A stretch of DNA of 64,000 bases from the NCBI GenBank assembly GCA_964016885.1, contig OZ024740.1, positions 286,874,001-286,938,000 of the forward strand. The letters are read 5' to 3'. The translations under genes and the position numbers were made by a program. The DNA comes from Eledone cirrhosa (taxonomy: Eukaryota). The notes beneath the pieces were generated by a model. The model saw only the letters and a program-made list of their open reading frames with translations, made no database searches and had not been told where the DNA came from. Shown in pieces: positions 10,423 to 24,487 of the stretch (its first letter is position 1; every line of letters starts with the position of its first letter).

Positions 10423-13400
10423 TGCATATATACACTTAGTTATCTCAAGATATTTATTTTTTAAGAGAAGTTGGGAATTAACTAAAATATATTTTTTATT
10501 GTTTGCAGCATTGTTTTATAATTTTACTTTTTGGGGGAATTCTCATGTTTATTTTGTTTTGTTTATCTAAAATCTAGCTTCATAAATATTAACAGATTTT
10601 ATTATTTTTCTAGTTATTTCATCACTCTGTGTTCTTGATCCCAATCTTATGTTGTATCAATTTATAAATACTTTCGCTGCTATCTACTATATCCAGTAAA
10701 TGATCACAAAGATATACTTTGTTATTTCTATTGGGGGAGGGGGTGCTTAAAGAGATGAATATCAGTTTTTTATAAATTCGAACTATCATTGGAGTAATAA
10801 GATTCTGTTCTTCCTATTTGAGTGTCCTTTAAAAGAGATAGGTGTCAAAGTAAATTATTAGATTATAAAATAACAGATATATAAAAAAAAAAATCACAAC
10901 AAAACTCCTGCAAATGCTGATCTCTTCTGAATTTCATAGATGCTTACAGTGTTCATCTTATCAACTATTAAAATAAGAATGGATAATGTTTGAAATATGT
11001 AACGTATTTTTTGATCTCAGCATTATTTCATGAAAGATTTTTTTTTTTACATTTAATACATTGTTTGCTATATTCTGTGTGTTACTGTGTGGGAGAAAGA
11101 GACAGAATGAGAGTACATTCTTGTTTTTAATTATTGGTTGACATCAGTGGACACATATTATTTCTTGTATAATTTTGTTTGTAATTTAATTGTTAACCAG
11201 TCTGTTGAATAATATCATTTCACAGCCACATTGTAAAAATGGGAATCAATTTTTTTCTTATAGTAGAATTGGATTTGATAATTTTTACCGTCTTCTCCGC
11301 CATCATAAAAAAAAGCCTGACAGTATATTTTACATTATTTCAATGACATTCGTTCATTGTATCGACAGATTGCAAAAGTTCATCACAATTTTTGTCAGCT
11401 ACATTTTTTGAAATTTAAATTAAGATTCTAAAATAAATGCAGTCATGAATATTGGTGAATTTGTAATTCCTTGAATAAATGAGATAATTTAGAAAGTTGT
11501 AGTTAGTTTTTGTCAGATGAATCACTATAGAAAACTGTAAATAGCTAGTCATTGGGCACTTTTCAAAAGTATTTTGAAATAAACAAGTCAACTGTTGTAT
11601 TCAAAAGCTCACTAGCTTAGATTTAAAACCCATGTTTACTTTTTTTACTACATACAATACCACATAGTATTGTACTAGCTCTAAAAATAGTAGTTCAATA
11701 TCTAGCATCATTTAAAACCACGATATAATTATGGGTTTTCATGTATTTATTAAATAATTCTAATTAAAAACTAAAATCCTATTTCACACAGCCTCTGCTA
11801 CTGGTTGTCTTGATAAGAAACAAGTAGATTGCGTTCAAATAAAAGATTAGTTTTAAAAAAATATATAATTGGTGTTACTACTTAAAGTTTTTATATCAAC
11901 TTAATGTTTTGTCATAAGTAGATACTAAAACTAATTATTATTTTCAATGTATTTGCATATATTCATATATAAGAAATATACTTACACAAACATACATATG
12001 TGTGTGTTCAGTTTCAAACCATTGCATACATTAATTTTTAAAAAAAATTATTTCCTCTTAATTAGATTCGAAAAACTTGATATTTCAAATATTCTGGACT
12101 ATTAAAATCATTGTTTTTATGCTTTTCACACTAGTTCACTAATTTTCAACATACTTAGTTACTATGCTATAATTGAATTTGTGTTAGATGCAATGACATG
12201 CAGTCTAGAAAAATGTGCATCTGTGTGTGTGTATATATATACATACACGCACACATACACATTACTATAAATGATTGGTTTTATAATGATCAAAACATTT
12301 AAATCATCTTTTGATTAACTGCAATAGCAATAATCCAGAGATTTTACCTATTACAAAGTCACAAATTCCAGAATTTTAGTTATATATTATATAATGGATA
12401 AATTTTGTTTGGTTTTAGTGTAATACTTCTCTTCCTTCTTCAATGAAACCTAACATTTAATTACATATTTAGCAAGTTTAATAATGTATATGTATGTATA
12501 TATATACATACACAGTGTAAGTGTATATGAGTAATCTATATATATATATATGTTATATGGCTATGTATATACACATACATATGTATGAGTAAATATATAT
12601 CTCGTTTTTATATTGTTAAATGACCCCAAACACCATTATATAATTTTTTTTATTGCATGCCAGGAAATAGCAGCTAACAGATTTAAAAAAACAAAACAAA
12701 ACAAAAAAACAAAAAACAAACGAAAACGAAAATAGCTACTCTTATAGTCTTTCAAATATAATTAACAAATATTTGTCTAAAAACTTGGTGTGCTTGAAAT
12801 GATTGAAACTAAAATTGTGTGTCCTAATGTAGAAAAAGAAAAAAAATTAATTAGTTGGGATTTGTTTCAATCAATTCCAGATCCTCTAGTGAGGAAAACG
12901 TATTTTGCTTTTCTTTGTTGGTTCCCACACCCCATCCTACTTTTTTAACATTTGTTATTATTGAGTTGATTTATCAAAAAGACTCGGTCCAGCTAAACAC
13001 TGACTTTTGAAAGCTCTGATCATTATGTACACCTGATTTGTGTGGAAAGTTATCTTAATCATGGTTTATTTAATTTCTTTTCTAAAAAATAAAATAATAA
13101 AAAATACTATGAAATAAAAAAAAAAAAAAAAGAGGGTATTCAATTTTAAATTGTTTTTGTCTTTCCATTTGGATGCAAGAGAAGAATGGAACTGATATAT
13201 GTATACATAAACCCCCCTCCTCCCACTTTATTTTATTTTATTTTTTTTTTTGTGAATAAAAAAGTACTGAAAAGGCTTTTTGTTCATTTTTATTTTCTAT
13301 ACTGGTATGAATTCTATCTATACACCACATAACCTTACAAGTTTGTTGTCTTATACAAATGAATTGGCAAAAACTGTCATGACCATTTTCATATGATTGC

Positions 13401-14839
13401 AGGAGTGAGATAGGTCTTTTGTGCAGGCTCTTTGTTTTTATAGATTGCTACCTTCTCTGTCACAGATTACTTAACTGTGAGGTCATAGCAATGGAGGAAA
13501 ATGAGCATATTATTATCATCATTATTATTGTGTTAACATCCACTTTCCCTGCTAGCAAGGATTGTACGGGTCTGTGTTGACCAAGTCAGTATTGAAGCAG
13601 TGGCTACCGATTTCCCAAGCAAGCCAGAGATCTGTTATCTTGCTTATGTACAGTCTCATACTTATAAAAAATATGGCTTGACGTCAGAAAGGGTATCCTG
13701 CTATAAAAATATTGTCCAGCCCATCAGATCAGTTTTACTTTGGGCCTCCTCAGGAGCATAGACCACCAAGTTTACTCCAACTGTCCCCAGAATATCCCAA
13801 CATCTTTGCTTGTGCCTCCAGATCGTGGTGACAAGTATTGCTTTGCCTTTTTTCCTGAGGGTTTTAGGTCAGGGTTTCCTTGTACTAGATACAGGTTTTC
13901 AGAGGGTGTGACCAATCGATCCCCTTCACCTCTGAATAATTTCATCATGGTCCAACCCATGCTAGGGTAATGACATAATAAAAATATTTCTTTGTATAAA
14001 GCTTTAACTGAATGATTTTTTTTTCTATGATAGTGAATAAATTTGAGTTTATACAATGTAATAATTCACATAAGTCTATATGTTTAGATTAAAGAGTCTT
14101 AGTTAATATTGTTGCCTGATTTGTACCTTGAACACCCTTATAAATCTAATCTTTTTGTCAACTAACATGTTACAGTCAAAAATGATCAATGAGGGAAGAA
14201 GTACCAGGAATTCCAAATGAAAGGAAACTACAGAAGGAGGAACCCAAGAAAAACATGTAGAGGTGGTGAAAGTTAATATCAAGAAATTACACCTTACAAA
14301 GGAAGGAACAAGTGGAAAAGACTTGTCTAACCCATGCAAGCATGGAAAAGTGGATGTAAAAACTATGATAATGTTCAAAACATTTTTCCATTACAAACTG
14401 GAATTTTATGTTGAACAATTCTGAAACATTTAGTGGATAAACTTTGAACTGACCTGTTTAATATTGTGTGGTTATCTATTGTTGATACAGATATTTAGTA
14501 ATTTTATTCAATTTTAATTTTTCTAACTACTTTACTTATTATATAGTCTTTTTTAAATTTCATATTTAGGAGAGGCATCAACACTAGAGAGGCTACCTGG
14601 TCTTTGACCAGACTAAAATGTCCTTTCTCCCTTGTGTTGTCTCAGTTTGTTCATTGGTCACTTTACAGAGGGTACTGTGTGCATTCCATCATGATGCCAA
14701 CACCTCAGAGGTTGTTCTGTCCACTACAGACAAAAAGGGGCCTCTCTACTGCACATGCCACTTATGCATCACATAATCATACCAGTGCAATCATCTTGCA
14801 TACTACATCTAATTCTTATACTCAGATTTTTCTCAGTTC

Positions 14840-15220
14840 ACTTGAGTTCTATTGTTTACACATCCATTGGAGAATGCATGCTTCATTTCTTTCCAGTCAG
14901 TGTAACTCTTCGTTTGTGATTCAAGTCTCGTTACCATGCAGCATTACAGAAGTTTGTTGCCAACAGAGGTAACAGCATCCTGAATTTCTCCACCCTGTAT
15001 TCACTCTGGCTACAACACTTTCGATACATCCACTCTCACTGTTAATGTGATCACCTAGCTGAAGAGCCAGAGGGAGGAAGCTGTAGAAGACCAAGGAAAA
15101 TCTGGGCAGAAGTAGGAAGAGCTGACTTCAAAACACTGAATGCAACAAGTGAAGGGAAACTGTGCTGGAGAAGACCCATACAGGCATGGGAAAGCAGATG
15201 TAAAATGATGAGGATAATGA
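14840..15220. mobile_element. Decayed RTE 3' fragments (minus-strand piece then plus-strand tail)
   Basis: 14850-15060 resembles 1240-1510 of the intact RTE. 15060-15220 ends in the RTE-type tail catgggaaagcagatgtaaaatgatgag. Confidence 0.55.
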
Positions 15221-16704
15221 TACACCTTCATAAAACATTATCCTATATAGAACAGTATGAAATGTAGAGTGAAATAAATATTTCTCATATAAAAGATGAC
15301 AGTTACTTCTACATTCCCCTTTGCAGGCTCTACTGCCAAGAATGGAAATACATTGTACACCACTCTCAAGAGTTCTTGGCTGGTTCCATTTTCATTAACA
15401 TGTTCCACTACAGTTTCCTTTGTTCCTTGGTTTCCCATGTTACTCATACTCATTGGCTTTGTAACCCAACTGCTTTATGACAAATTTCTTTGTTCACAAT
15501 ATCTTGCCACCATTTGTTAGTTTAGCAGAATATCCATTTATTCCATATGTGCCTCAGTACAGCCCTTGTGTTCTGTATCACATCTATCACCTTTCATTTC
15601 CAGAGTTGTCTCTGCCATCTCAAAAGCTTTTCTTAAATTCTATTTCCTTTTTGTCAATACTCTTGTTTTGGCTGTATGAAAAATGGTGTCCACTAATTGC
15701 TGGCTTATCTATGCTGATTGAAGGCTTACCTGTCCATGCTAGCCAACCACAGGTTGAAAAGGGTGCTCCTTTGATCATAGGTCTGCTTAATCAGAGCTAA
15801 CCAAGGTTTAAACAACAACAGCATATCTACCACAATAAATCTGTGCATCACATATTGTATTTCAACTGATTTCCTACATGCCATAAGTCTACTTGGTGAA
15901 GGGTAATTCATAATTACACAACAATAACAGCTACCAAGAGCATTTGTATATTTTATTTAGTTATTGTAGTTCATCAAGAAGTTCTCATTCTACAGAAAAA
16001 TTATGAACACAATTATTCTTGCGTTTCATAGTTTACTGGTTTTATACAAAATTTCAAAAAGAGTCATTCTCTGAACTGAAACTTTAGCTTTATACTACTT
16101 TGCTTTTAGAAATTTGAAACCAAAATCATATCATCAAGGAAATCATTCTCTCTTTAATCTGATATAGGCTTGGACATAAGTGAGAAGTGTTGGTTTTATT
16201 GAATAATCCCTGTTTCAACTTCTACCTGTATTTCACTATGTATTTCTCCTGTTATACCCCTATCATACTTCATTTTGAGGAAATATATAATAATCGGTAT
16301 ACCAAGGAAGAAATATTTTTATATTTCCATTGTATCATAATTTAGTTTTAAAATACTTCAATTAATTTCAATATCAGTTTTCAGAGGAATATATCAGTGT
16401 TGTGACTTGCTCATTTTCACTGAATGATTCAGCAGTATTTGAATATTGCCAAATAAATCTAACTTAGTCATAATTGTATACTGACTTAGTGTTTGTTGGG
16501 TAGCATGACACAACACAGTCAATAGATTCTTTTACTCACTGTATATTCTGTAATATTAATGATTCCTAATTTTAACACAAGGTCAGAAATGTTTCTCTGT
16601 TCGTGTAGGGAATTAAGTTGATTTACTAGTTGACAGGTATCCCATCTTATTGAAAAATTAAGTCAGCCATGACAAAAATTGAACTTAGAATGTGAAACCT
16701 CACA

Positions 16705-17289
16705 TTAATCCTTTTGTTAACATATTTCTAATAAAAGACATTGTTTATGATTTTCAATCATCATCATCATTTTACGTCCGCTTTTCCCTGCTTGCAAGGG
16801 TGGGACGGGAACTGATTCTGGCTTGATTTCTACAGCTGGATGCCCTTCCTAACACCAACCTCATTTACAGTGAGTGCTGGGTGGTTTTTGCCGTGGCACC
16901 TCCACGACCACTTTGCAGTGGAATGATATGGACCCCAGTCCCTATCATCTCATTTCTACAGCTGAGTAAACTGGAGCAATGTGAAATAAAGTGTCTTGCT
17001 CAAGGAAACAACACATCACCTGGTCTGAGAATTGAACTCACAACCTTTCGATTGCAAGGCCAATGCTCTAACCACTAAGCCTTTCAATATCTTTAAATAA
17101 TCAAGAATTCAGAAGATTTGGTAAAATAATCAACTTCCTCATTATTAAGCAGGTGTTTGGAACATAACTTAAAATTATTTCATAAAACTATGATTGAAGC
17201 TATTTAGATAAATATAAACACTTTAAAATAAACAGCTTGTGTCATAGAATCTGGTGGGGTTTCAAGCAGTCTGGTATCAAAACATTTAA
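16705..17289. mobile_element. TTAA-flanked piggyBac-like MITE interrupted by a SINE
   Basis: Termini ttaatccttttgttaa ... tggtatcaaaacatttaa. Internal similarity to the copies at 31540-31799, ~51745-51966 and ~60655-60905. Confidence 0.55.
16759..17081 (-). mobile_element. Composite tRNA SINE with RTE-derived tail
   Basis: Head gcttagtggttagagc...gagttcaattc (A/B boxes), CORE-like ccttgagcaagacact, aggaagggcatccagc block, (GAT)n end. 7-bp TSD tttcaat at 16752-16758 and 17082-17088. Confidence 0.8.
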
Positions 17290-17899
17290 AGTGCTGTTTA
17301 TCTCTATGAAACAATACTGTGGTTACACACATACAAACATCTTAGATAACATCTTAGATAGCATCTAAAAGAATACAATTTGACTGATTGACAAAGATTC
17401 ATTCAACAATATGCTCTCTTTCTTTTCACTATTATAATAGCTTCTGCAACTCTGAACTAGCTAGCTACATACATATTCCACCTAGGTCTACTTGTCTTCT
17501 TTCAGATCCAAAACTAAACATTTTGCAAGCTTTTTCATTCCAGAATTGAAACCATCTGGAATTTTATTCCTGCCCACAATTATCCTGTATTCATTGACCT
17601 ACAGATATTTGCATCAATCTTGCCAGTTTGGGAGATTGATTATAAAAAAATGATTTTGTTCAGTGTTCTACTATGTCCTTTGTAATAATCGTTTTTTAAC
17701 ATAGACACAATGTCGGAAATTTGGGAGGAGGAGCTAACCAATTAAATTGCCCCCATGACATGACTAGTACTATGTTTTATCCTGAAAAAAAAACAGAAGT
17801 ACCAATCAAGAATTTGTTCGATTAAATCAACAAATGTGCTTATGTTAAAAACCATTATTATGTTGGCCAGTGGATAGAACATTTGATAAAGCGCAAATG

Positions 17900-18990
17900 A
17901 TAATAATGGCTTTTAATTTAGCTACAAGATTAAGAATTTTTCGAGGGAAGGGGAAAATTGATTATATCTACCTCAGTACTTTTATGGTACTTTATTTTGT
18001 TGACTCCTGAAGGACGAAAGGCAGAGTTGACTCTGGCAGAATTCTAAACTAGAATGTAGAGGGACATAATGAAATACTGCAATGCGCTATCCGAACATTG
18101 GGGATAATAATGATTTCTGATTTAGGCACAAGGCCAGCAATTTGAAGGGAAAGTCGATTAAATCGATCCCAGTGCGCTACTGATACTTTATTTTATCGAC
18201 CCTGTAAGGATGAAAGGTATGACTTAAAATCTGAAGTAAAGGGCTGTAACTATATGCGCAAAGCATGTTGTCTGACACTCTACCGATACTGCCAATCCAC
18301 CATCCTAGCACTGGTAACAATAATGGCTTCTAATTTACGTAGGATTTGAACTCAGAACGTAAAGAGCAGGAACAAATACTGCAAAATAATGGTTTGACGC
18401 TCTTATGGCTCTGTCAATCCACTGTCCTACCAATGATTGCTAATTTAGGCACAAGGGAGGGGAGGGGAAAGTCGATTATATCGACTCCAGTACGTGACGG
18501 CAACTTTATTTTAGCAATCCCCAAAAAGATGAATAGCAAAGTTGACCTTAGCAAGATTTGAACTGGGAACGTAACGAGCTGAAACAAATATTACAAAGCA
18601 TTTGACTGAAGCTCTAACGATTCGACCAATCCACCACCCTGACATGATGGTCATAATAATAATTGTTTCTACTTTTGGCACAAGGCCAGCAATTATATCA
18701 GCGCATTACTGGTACTTTATTTTATCGACCCCGTAAGGATGAAAGGCAAAGTTAACCTCGGCGGGATTTGAACTCAGAAAGTAAAGAGCCATAATTCTAT
18801 GCTGCAAAGCATGTTGTCTGACGCTCTACCGATACTAATCTCTTTCAGTGGTACAAAGCCACAAATTCTATAGGTGGGTGCAGTCAATTCGGTAGACTCT
18901 AGTACATTACATATAGTGGGATTTGTAGTCTAATATAATATAGGTGCTTATTTTATTGATCTCAAAGGGATGAAAAGCAACGTTGATCAC
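17900..18990 (-). repeat. Head-to-tail array of about six tRNA-SINE copies
   Basis: Repeated ggcacaaggccagcaat...ggtactttattttatcgacccc...gatttgaactcagaa...ccaatccac units at ~17905, 18110, 18320, 18435, 18655 and 18845. Confidence 0.8.
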
Positions 18991-19439
18991 ACACACACAA
19001 TCAAGTTATGATAAAAATACAGATTTATGATTCGAATTCTATTTCGTGACTAGGAAATAAATATGAAATAATCTAAATACAATAATTGAAGGCGTTTTTG
19101 TCCATTTGTATCTGTTTCCAGGGGTATTTAATACGACTTATTCAACTATTATTTATGGCTATCTGTAACAGAAGAAAGCTCAAATCATTCGTTTGTTTTA
19201 TCTTGGACTGTTTCAGCCCCGCATCTGAAAATATCATGCCATAATATACCGGGTAAACATTACTTTACTTTGTTTTGTTTTGTTTTGTTTCATTTACCAT
19301 CATTAGCCCTTCGTATTTTCTACCGCATTGTACCATCTTTTAAAAAACTTATCAGTCATTTACTAGATACATAATATTTAATTTTGTTGAACTGAAACTC
19401 ATTCCTTTGGCGAGCCAAAAGCAACAGTGGTTGTATTTT

Positions 19440-19677
19440 TTGACATTGAAATGTCAGAGTTATCTCCCTTGAAAATAAATTTCGTTCGTTATTATATAAA
19501 GTTTTCGCCGAAAGACTTAGGCACGCTGTTAAATGTTTCTAACAGTAACTAATGATCATAGACTATGTTGAGATAACAAAAACAATTGACGATTCTAACA
19601 TAATTTTGGGTAGCTAATTCAAACATTAAACAATTGTTGGACTACTCAGCTCAACTTTTAAGCACCAGAACATTAAA
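19440..19677 (+). promoter_or_regulatory. Candidate CMC2 promoter and non-coding first exon
   Basis: Locally CpG-richer unique sequence ending in a consensus donor AA|GTAAGT (19678-19683). The CMC2 ATG exon begins at a splice acceptor, so an upstream non-coding exon is required. Confidence 0.35.
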
Positions 19678-20353
19678 GTAAGTAACTCTAATTTCAAACA
19701 CGATCACGATTCACATCATGCTTGTTGGGTAGACAGACTTTTCAGAGGTTTGTGATAAGTGAGAAAATTAATTTAGATGAACTGAGTCCTTGGTAGCGTA
19801 AAGGGTGGGAACCAGTTCTCAAGCGAGCTTTATTATTATACAACAAATATATAAGATTAAATAGAAGTACATGCATGTAATCAATTAATTATTTTCAAAT
19901 ATATTGTTTTTATTAAGGCATAATCATCAACATAATATTACAAATAGAAAGCAAAAAGAAAGAAAAGGGAAAGGAAAAAAGAAAGAGAAAACGAAAAAAA
20001 AAAAAACACACAAGCCGGTAATACATACATCTAGGACCACATACAACAAAAGGCAGGCGAAAAGGGTGGACAAACGAACCGCTGCCAGAGCAATTTGATC
20101 TATACGATGCTTGAAATCACAAAAATCTACATCATAACTTTTTCAACTGTTCTGTGAAAGTCAGATGAAAATATTTGACTTGGTTTATTCTGTCTTTTGT
20201 AGATCTTTTTGATATCCGTTCAGGTTTTTGATAGCGTTATTCCCACTTCAATGATTTAGGGGTAGGGCAGCTGTAGAAACGTATAATAAGGCAAGAAAGG
20301 AAAGTGAAACTCACGGTTTTAAGGTCACCGAAAGCCGTTTGATTATCTATTTA

Positions 20354-21259
20354 TCTATATATATAAAACTGAGGATATTCTGTCTGTGTGTGTGTGTGAG
20401 TTCGAATCCCTAAAACTCGAGAACCACCCAACCGACTGTTTTCAAACTTTACACATGTAATACTTATGTTTCAGGGAGTGTTCTGAGCAAAAAAAATTTC
20501 AAATTTTCTATGCCCCAGGGACCACATTAGGCGATTTAGCGATCTCGCTCTATAATTCTTAGTCTTTCTCTTTTTAGATAGATACATACTTATAACGTCG
20601 CGCCCTTATAATATCTGTCTGTAAGACTGACTGTCTGCATTACGTCACTTCCTTGAGGATGTCTGTGTGTGTGTGTGAGTTTGAATCCCTAAAACTCGAG
20701 AAGTACCCAACCGATTTTTTTCAGACTTTACATTTGTGTTACTTATGTTTCAGGGAGTGTTATGCACATAAAAATAAATTCAACTATCGCCCACATTAGG
20801 TGAAAAATTGCGTTTTTTCAGGTTTCTAGGGGTTTTTTGAGGCGTTACATCAGACCGATTTCCTTGAAATTGTAACTATGTATTAGTCAGTCTCTTCTTC
20901 ATACCGTAAGCAAAGAAAATCCAACTTTCTTATGGCCTAGGGCCCGCATTAGGTGAAACACTTCATTTTTTTTCAGCTTCTTAGGGCTTTTTGGAGGCGT
21001 TACGTCTAGCCGATTTTTCCGAAATTTCAAGGCATATTATGCACATAAAAAAAATTCATTTTCTTGATCCCCTAGGGTCCGCATTAGGTGAAAACCTACA
21101 TTTTTCCTGCATCATCGAGGAAAATCTTAAAGATTATCCAGCCATCAGAGTATTCGGTTTATTTTCTTTACATATTGTCCAGGCATGCAGTTTTTAGGTC
21201 TATTGGCGGCCCGCGTTCCAAAATACCTTATCCCGTGCAACGCCGGGTACCACTGCTAG
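20354..21259 (+). mobile_element. Non-autonomous Helitron (copy 1)
   Basis: A|TCTATATATATAAAA 5' end, 3' hairpin cccgtgcaacgccggg then CTAG|T, internal subrepeats. Inverted near-identical copy at 26044-26959. Confidence 0.85.
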
Positions 21260-21498
21260 TGATAAATAAGATTAATGCTTATGTAAAAATGGTGTATTTG
21301 AAAACAATAACATACGAATGTAAAATAAATAGCAACACCAAGGGCCGGATTAACCAATAAAAGGGAAGAGAGGCGCCATTTTATTCAAATTGATTGTATC
21401 TGCCATCCCCCACCCACACGATTTTTTTTTGCAGACTTTATATATGGGTCCTCAAATGGACTTTATCCTGCCCTGAAAACACAACAACTGCTAAGTGT

Positions 21499-22130
21499 AA
21501 TGTCTGTAAATAATTGTTTCTACTTTTGGCACAAGGCCAGCAATTATCCCAGTGTATTACTGGTGCTTTATTTTATCTACCCTGCAAGGATGAAAGGCAA
21601 AGTTAACCTCGGCGGGATTTGAACTCAGACAATAAAGGGCCGTAACTCTTTGCTGCAAAGCATGGCCTCCGACCCTCTACCGATACTACCAATCCATCCT
21701 AACACCAACCACATTTACAGCATGGACTGGTTGCCTTTTATCATGGCTCCAAAACAACCATATCACAGTGTGGAATGGGGTGCTTTTTATCGTGACACCT
21801 ACATGACCACAGTGTGGACTGGGCACTTTTGATTTTAAAATAAGCATCTTCCTATGGACACTGTTTAAAGCAAACAGTGGGGTTTGTTTGTGTCCCATAT
21901 AAACAATACATTCTGCACCTTGATAAAAGTCATCAATGTCTGTAAATAATTGTTTCTACTTTTGGCACAAGGCCAGCAATTATCCCAGTGCATTACTGGT
22001 ACTTTATTTTATCGACCCCGTAAGGATGAAAGGCAAAGTTAACCTCGGCGGGATTTGAACTCAGATCGTAAAGGGACGTAACTATGCTGGAAAGCATGGC
22101 GTCCGACTCTCTACCGATATTGCCAATCCA
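21499..22130 (-). repeat. Duplicated SINE plus flank (21499-21697 and 21935-22130) enclosing an inverted copy of 22924-23177
   Basis: Both units start with the same unique flank aatgtctgtaaataattgtttctac and end at ccaatcca. Confidence 0.8.
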
Positions 22131-22598
22131 CAATACAATTAATACTGCAGTGGGAGCAGCTGCCACTGTGAATTAAACAAGAAAGAATACGTAATCCAAT
22201 TAATTACTCTGGTAAGAGAAGGTTACTGAAAAACATTAAGAATCTGCCTACTGTAAATTCAGAGCATATGCAGGTGACACTATAAAATGAGAACAGAACT
22301 ATCTTATAATATAGCTAATACATTTATAGCAAATTACCATATATAGCCTATAATTAATACATAAACTCATAGTTCCACTAAGCTAATTATCAATTGCAAT
22401 GATTCAGTGGCCTCCCAAGAATTTACCACAATAAAATGCACCCATCTACTCATTAAAAACTTTCTTTTTGTGGGGGGCTAATCAAATATATTTTAATTGC
22501 TTTCAAATTGACTCAATTTAACACACTCTCAAAATAATGTACAACATTTCAAAACATCAATTAACATAAACATGTTTTCTTTTCTCTATTTATGACAG

Positions 22599-22679
22599 AT
22601 GCATCCTGATCTGTCCACACATCTTCATACAAAAGAGTGCAATGACATTATTGATGCTCTTAAAATATGTCACCAAGAG
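22599..22679 (+). CDS. CMC2: COX assembly mitochondrial protein 2 homolog, coding exon 1
   Basis: gacag|ATG...GAG|gtaaaa. MHPDLSTHLHTKECNDIIDALKICHQE matches the CMC2 N-terminus MHPDLSxHLH with the first CX9C. Confidence 0.93.
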
Positions 22680-22923
22680 GTAAAAATTAAACCTTGAATA
22701 TATTTTTAGTTTTATTACATGATGTAATTTATTATTAAAGTTATATATAAAAACTAAGAATATATTTCTGTTGATTTTAGCTGTAAATTGTCATCATTTT
22801 TATGCCTGTTTCTCCATTTTAGCATGGGTTGGCTAAAACATTTTAAGGCAGTTTTTCTATGACAGGATGCACTTACTGATGCCAACCCATACTTTATTTT
22901 TAAGTATAAGTATGGTATATGAG

Positions 22924-23177
22924 TGATGACTTTTATCAAACCACTAAGGTGCAGAATGTATTGTTTATATTGGACACAAACAAACCTCACTGTTTGCTTT
23001 AAACAGTGTCCATAGGAAGATGCTTATTTTAAAATTAAAAGTGCACAGTCCACACTGTAAAGTGGTTATGTAGGTGCCACAATAAAAAGCACCCCATCCA
23101 CACTGTAATGTGGTTGTTTTGGAGCCATGATAAAAGGCAACCAGTCCATGCTGTAAATGTGGTTGGTGTTAGGATGG
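22924..23177. repeat. Right arm of an inverted repeat (left arm 21694-21935)
   Basis: Reverse complement aligns over ~240 bp, e.g. aaaataagcatcttcctatggacactgtttaaagcaaacagtg versus cactgtttgctttaaacagtgtccataggaagatgcttatttt. Confidence 0.9.
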
Positions 23178-24136
23178 GCCATAGAAACAGTTCTGTATGA
23201 GCAAAACACAGTCATCTGACTTGACTCACATGCTAGCATGGAAAAATAGATGTTAGACTGATGATGATGTAAGCATTATTGCTGTATATTTTGAGAATTA
23301 TGAAATACAGTAGCGGGGAAATGGCAATGAGGAGAATGATATTACATATCCTAAAATTTTGGTAAAAACTATGCCTAACATTTATTGGTTTGGAAAAGTG
23401 AATAATAATAAAGCTGGAAGTAGACTTCTGTTTAAGCTAGATTAAGACTAACACCAGAAAAGGATTTAACTTCTAACTGTGCTTCAGTTTGACTGATAAA
23501 GATGTTCCAGTTCTTCCTCACCAATAAATGGTTAGTTAGGAAGGGCATCCAACTAAAAAAATCATTTGTTCCACCAGTATGCAACAGGAACAAGTTTATT
23601 TTACAAAATATAACATGGTAGCATGCGAAAAACAGATACTGACACAAGAATATATGCCTGAAGCTTGTTGGTTTCACCTGTAGTGACAGCAAGTATCTGT
23701 CATGTCAGCCACATACAATGCAAAAGGTAGCTAGCTATGACTCACTGGTGGTGACCAGGCTGCCAAATTGGATGAAGGTTTGCACCTGAGATAGGAACCC
23801 CATGAGGTAGAGTGGCTTCTGCAGTGGGGACTGCTGATTTTATTTATTCGTTTATTTATTTTTTGCAGTAATGCTTTTTTTTTTAATCCTAATTGCTGGA
23901 TACAGTTAAGACAAATTCAACAGAAAATGTAAAGTTTGCTTCTTTTTTTTTCTTTGTCATTTATGTGTATATATGTATAGAAGTGTACACACACACACAC
24001 ACACCAATCAAAACAAAACTGTAAGTATGATGATTAATTTGATTAGTGAATTTTAGATATTATAGTTGGTGGGCCACAGAGAAGTTTCCTTCTTAGAACT
24101 AACTAAAATGATACTTTATTATTTTTATGTAGTTTA

Positions 24137-24487
24137 TCTATATACTACTAAAACTCTGTGATTATGTGCTTGTCTGTTATTTAATACAGCCAAAACGGCA
24201 CATAATGGAAAAATACTTTGAAAGGAAGTTGCCCCTGAAATGGGAATACAAATGGAATAAAACAAGTTTCGCATAAATCAGAGCATGGGTTCCCGAGATA
24301 CAAGGTTTTTCCGGGTACATTCATAAATAGCCAACAGCTCTGTGATAACCAATAACCCTCTCTCTATATATTATAACCCCCTCTCTTTCTATATATTATA
24401 ACCCTCTCTCTTTCTATATATTATAACCCTCTCTCTATATATATATTACTAGATTACCTGTGACCCAACGGGACATGGGTGGTCTAG
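24137..24487 (+). mobile_element. Non-autonomous Helitron-like element with internal ~26-bp tandem repeats
   Basis: A|TCTATATACTACTAAAA start, CTAG|T end preceded by a GC-rich hairpin-like motif, (ataaccctctctctttctatatatt) x~4. Confidence 0.6.

Larger units (their letters stand above)
5452..13262 (+). other. Putative long MEF2 3' UTR
   Basis: Very AT-rich, almost TE-free stretch after the stop, ending in clustered AATAAA signals (~13088-13118, ~13255). The extent is inferred only. Confidence 0.3.

Noticed and set aside
11681-11690. Perfect MEF2 binding site CTAAAAATAG downstream of MEF2 (another at 34302-34311)
   Set aside because: Expected by chance in such AT-rich DNA; no support for autoregulation.
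17000-17081. tRNA-like sequences at SINE heads
   Set aside because: A/B boxes are present but there is no full cloverleaf, and they run into SINE bodies; not called as tRNA genes.
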